DNA from: Candidatus Bathyarchaeota archaeon
GTDB taxonomy: Archaea > Thermoproteota > Bathyarchaeia > Bathyarchaeales > Bathycorpusculaceae
DNA length: 64,000 bases
NCBI GenBank assembly: GCA_963775895.1
Contig: CAVZKL010000009.1
Span: 32,001 to 96,000 of the forward strand
Reading direction: 5' to 3'
In this document: in pieces, positions 61,198 to 64,000 of the stretch
Position numbering within the stretch: the stretch's first letter is position 1
How the letters are laid out: every line of letters begins with the position of its first letter
Position numbers and translations under genes: made by a program
The notes under the pieces: model-generated
Database searches by the model: none
Told to the model about the DNA's origin: nothing
Seen by the model: only the letters and a program-made list of their open reading frames with translations

Positions 61198-63429
61198 GTG
61201 AAGGTAACCGACTTATCCATACCAGAAGCGGTTAAAGAATTAATCATCAGATCAGGAATAGCCGAGCTTTATCCTCCGCAAGAAGAAGCTATAAAAGCTG
61301 GAGCATTAGAAGGAAGAAACCTGGTTTTGGCAAGTCCAACGGCTTCGGGCAAAACGCTCGTCGCCGAGTTCTGCGCCCTCAAGCACGTCTTGGAAAAGAA
61401 CGGGAAAGTCGTTTACCTCACACCACTTAGGGCATTGGCAAACGAGAAGTTTGACGAATTCGGAAAATACGCTGCAATCACGAAAAAAGATGGAAAGAGG
61501 TTCAGAGCAGGCATCAGCACAGGCGACTTTGACAGCACAGACCCCTGGTTGGAAAGATATGACGTAATCATAACGACGAATGAAAAGGCTGACTCACTCC
61601 TGAGACACAGGGCCAAATGGATGGATGATATTTCGCTTGTCGTAGCCGATGAGGTACATCTGCTGAACGATGCTGAGCGTGGACCAACCTTGGAAGTAGT
61701 TCTGGCGAGGCTCATGCAAGTCAACCCAGATATTCAAATCCTAGCCCTAAGCGCTACGATAAGCAATGTTGATGAACTCGCGGAGTGGCTAAAAGCAGAA
61801 CACGTCACAACCGAATGGCGCCCGGTCCCACTGAAAGAAGGAGTCCTATTGCACGAGGAAATCCAGTACAAGGACGGAGACGCCCGCAAGATAGAGAAGA
61901 AAACGAGAGACCCAACCATAAACTTGGCTCTGAACACGGTGAAAACAGGCGGTCAAGCGCTCATCTTCTCATCAACCCGCAAGAACGCGGTGACAATGGC
62001 GAAAAAAGTGGCGGGCGAAATCGTCACCGTTCTGTCTAAACCTGCGAGACGCGCTCTTGAGCACGAGGCCGAAAGGATTCTTTCAACTGGTGAAAGAACA
62101 CGGCTCGGCGAATCGCTAGCAGAACTGGTCAGATGTGGCACGGCATTCCATCATGCAGGTCTGGCTGGAGGACACAGAAGAATAATTGAAGATTCATTCC
62201 GCGCTGGGAAAATCAAAATTCTGACAGCCACACCGACTCTGGCTTTCGGCGTCAACTTGCCCGCGAGAACAGTTATTTTGCAGGATTATAGACGTTACGA
62301 AGCGGGATACGGTTACTATCCCATCAGCGTGCTCGAGTACAAGCAAATGGCGGGCAGAGCTGGAAGACCGAAATACGACAAGACGGGAGAAGCCATACTG
62401 ATAGCCAAAACAAGTGACGAAGCAGATTACTTGGTACAAAGTTACGTTCTCGCCAAGCCGGAGCGAATCTGGTCGCGACTGGCAGTTGAGAGAATAATGA
62501 GGGCGCATGTGCTCGCCACGATCGCATCGGATTTTGCGCATACGGAAAACGGCATCTATGAATTCTTCGGGAGAACCTTCTACGCTTATCAATATGACAT
62601 AGATGCTATCAAGAGCTTAGTGGCGAAGATTCTCAAGTATTTGTACGATGAGGAAATGATCGAGGTCTTCGGTGAAAACATCAACGCGACGAAGTTTGGA
62701 AAGCGCGTCAGCGAACTGTACATAGACCCTGTTTCAGCAGTCATAATCCGTGATGGAATGAGAAGCAACAGGGAATACATGACAGAGGTCAGCCTTCTCC
62801 ACATGATCGCTCACACACCAGACATGGGACCAGTTTTACGTCCATACACAAACGAAATGGATCAAATAGCGCTCTACATGGAAGAGCATAGACAAGAGTT
62901 TCTCTTTGCCCCTCCCGCAGAATGGGAAGACAACATAGGATACGAAGAATTTCTGGGAGAAGTGAAGACTGCCATGACACTCAACGCGTGGATTGACGAG
63001 ATGAGCGAGGACTGGCTGATGGACAGGTTCAGGGTTCAGCCGGGTGACCTCTACAGAACGCTTGAAAGCGCAAAGTGGCTGCTTCACGCAACGCACGAAC
63101 TGGCCATGCTCTTCGGCAATAAAGAGATCCTCCCTCTGACGTTCGAAGTGGAACAGAGAGTCGAAAAGGGAGTCAAGAAAGAAATACTGCCGCTCGTAAA
63201 ACTCGAGGGAGTCGGCAGGGTCCGCGGAAGAATACTCTTCAACTCAGGGTACAAGACAATTGAAGAAATCAAAAACGCCAAGGTTGAGGATCTAACAAAC
63301 CTACCCCTAATCGGTCCGAAACTGGCAAAGAAAATCAAGGAACAGGTCGGCGGTTTCATAAAAAAAGACACGTGGGAGAGACTCGAGAAAGAGAACGAAT
63401 GGAAACAGAGGGCTCTGACAGAATACTGA
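61198..63429 (+). CDS. hel308: Ski2-like DNA helicase Hel308/Hjm
   Basis: PTASGKT, DEVH, LSAT, FHHAGL, TPTLAFGVNLPA, QMAGRAGRP, GVGRVRGR.L. Confidence 0.95.
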   Translation: MKVTDLSIPEAVKELIIRSGIAELYPPQEEAIKAGALEGRNLVLASPTASGKTLVAEFCALKHVLEKNGKVVYLTPLRALANEKFDEFGKYAAITKKDGKRFRAGISTGDFDSTDPWLERYDVIITTNEKADSLLRHRAKWMDDISLVVADEVHLLNDAERGPTLEVVLARLMQVNPDIQILALSATISNVDELAEWLKAEHVTTEWRPVPLKEGVLLHEEIQYKDGDARKIEKKTRDPTINLALNTVKTGGQALIFSSTRKNAVTMAKKVAGEIVTVLSKPARRALEHEAERILSTGERTRLGESLAELVRCGTAFHHAGLAGGHRRIIEDSFRAGKIKILTATPTLAFGVNLPARTVILQDYRRYEAGYGYYPISVLEYKQMAGRAGRPKYDKTGEAILIAKTSDEADYLVQSYVLAKPERIWSRLAVERIMRAHVLATIASDFAHTENGIYEFFGRTFYAYQYDIDAIKSLVAKILKYLYDEEMIEVFGENINATKFGKRVSELYIDPVSAVIIRDGMRSNREYMTEVSLLHMIAHTPDMGPVLRPYTNEMDQIALYMEEHRQEFLFAPPAEWEDNIGYEEFLGEVKTAMTLNAWIDEMSEDWLMDRFRVQPGDLYRTLESAKWLLHATHELAMLFGNKEILPLTFEVEQRVEKGVKKEILPLVKLEGVGRVRGRILFNSGYKTIEEIKNAKVEDLTNLPLIGPKLAKKIKEQVGGFIKKDTWERLEKENEWKQRALTEY

Positions 63430-63549
63430 GAAAACAAGATTACCGCGCATCAAGCACGGCGCCCAAGGGATAGGGGGAGGGTGCTAATGGTTGAAACTTC
63501 AGGCAATACAGGAGGGCTCGCCTGTTTTTCTATTCCTAAGGCTACTCGG

Positions 63550-64000
63550 TTATTGTTGCCCTCTTGCCCTGCGCTCCTTCAAGGTTTCCTTAACGGCCAA
63601 GTTCACCTGCTTGACAGAGGTGCCCAAATAATTCCTTGGATTCAGAGATGCTGCGATTTCCTTCTCGTCTAGTTTTCCACTGATCGTTCTGTCTTCCAGA
63701 AGCACGTCCTTCAAAGGTCTTTTCTCGACCTCACTCTTTATCGTTAATTTCCGAAGAAGCTCATGAGCTGTTTGCCGGCTCACACCTTTTTTCGTTAAAG
63801 CAATCATCACTGATTCGGACATAAGACGCCCCTGAGTCATGAGCCATGTTTTTCAGCATTCGTTTCTCGTCGATGCGCAGGCTTCTCACTATGCTGGTCA
63901 TCAGGTAAAGCAAGTAGTCTGTTAGAATACAAGTTTCGGGGAGCAGAAAACGTTCCGTTGAAGACTGGGTGAGGTCTCTTTCATGCCATGTTATTACGTC
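63550..64000 (-). CDS. purB: Adenylosuccinate lyase, 3' part (frameshift near 63843, 5' truncated by window)
   Basis: WHERDLTQSSTER, QGRLMSE.VM.AL..KG.SRQ.AH, L.P.NYLG. Confidence 0.88.

Noticed and set aside
29006-64000. Many frameshifted genes (pfkB, hflX, int, ABC permease, GNAT, SnoaL, ATP-grasp, DUF354, rmlA, purB) suggesting genome decay or programmed frameshifting
   Set aside because: The breaks are small indels, several in homopolymers, and they hit conserved core genes, so uncorrected long-read error is the simplest explanation. Only read data can settle this.

Overview
Archaeal chromosomal window, most consistent with Bathyarchaeia or a related Thermoproteota lineage (inferred from archaeal ThrRS/ProRS, TFE, aMBF1, NAC, Trm56, Hel308, EndoQ and two tungsten AOR-family enzymes). 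About 1-36.8 kb is housekeeping: central carbon and glucan metabolism, threonine catabolism, translation and transcription. About 46.9-57.8 kb is a surface-glycan locus and 57.8-64 kb covers Fe-S biogenesis, Hel308 and purB. The standout is an accessory island at about 37-46.7 kb, integrated at tRNA-Val(TAC). It has an SSV-type tyrosine integrase carrying the tRNA 3' half inside its coding sequence, with an RHH/CcdA-like N-terminus, and evidence for two tandem integrations. Seven clear copies (plus one degenerate) of a same-orientation, imperfectly palindromic site, G(A/G)TA-A(A/G)ACTT-TACCC, separate one- or two-gene cargo units regardless of gene orientation, and one copy sits directly upstream of each integrase N-part. 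This suggests an integron-like cassette array with non-attC sites; that is an inference and has not been tested. Many single-base indels, several in homopolymers, break genes from about 29.9 kb onward and are probably sequencing errors.
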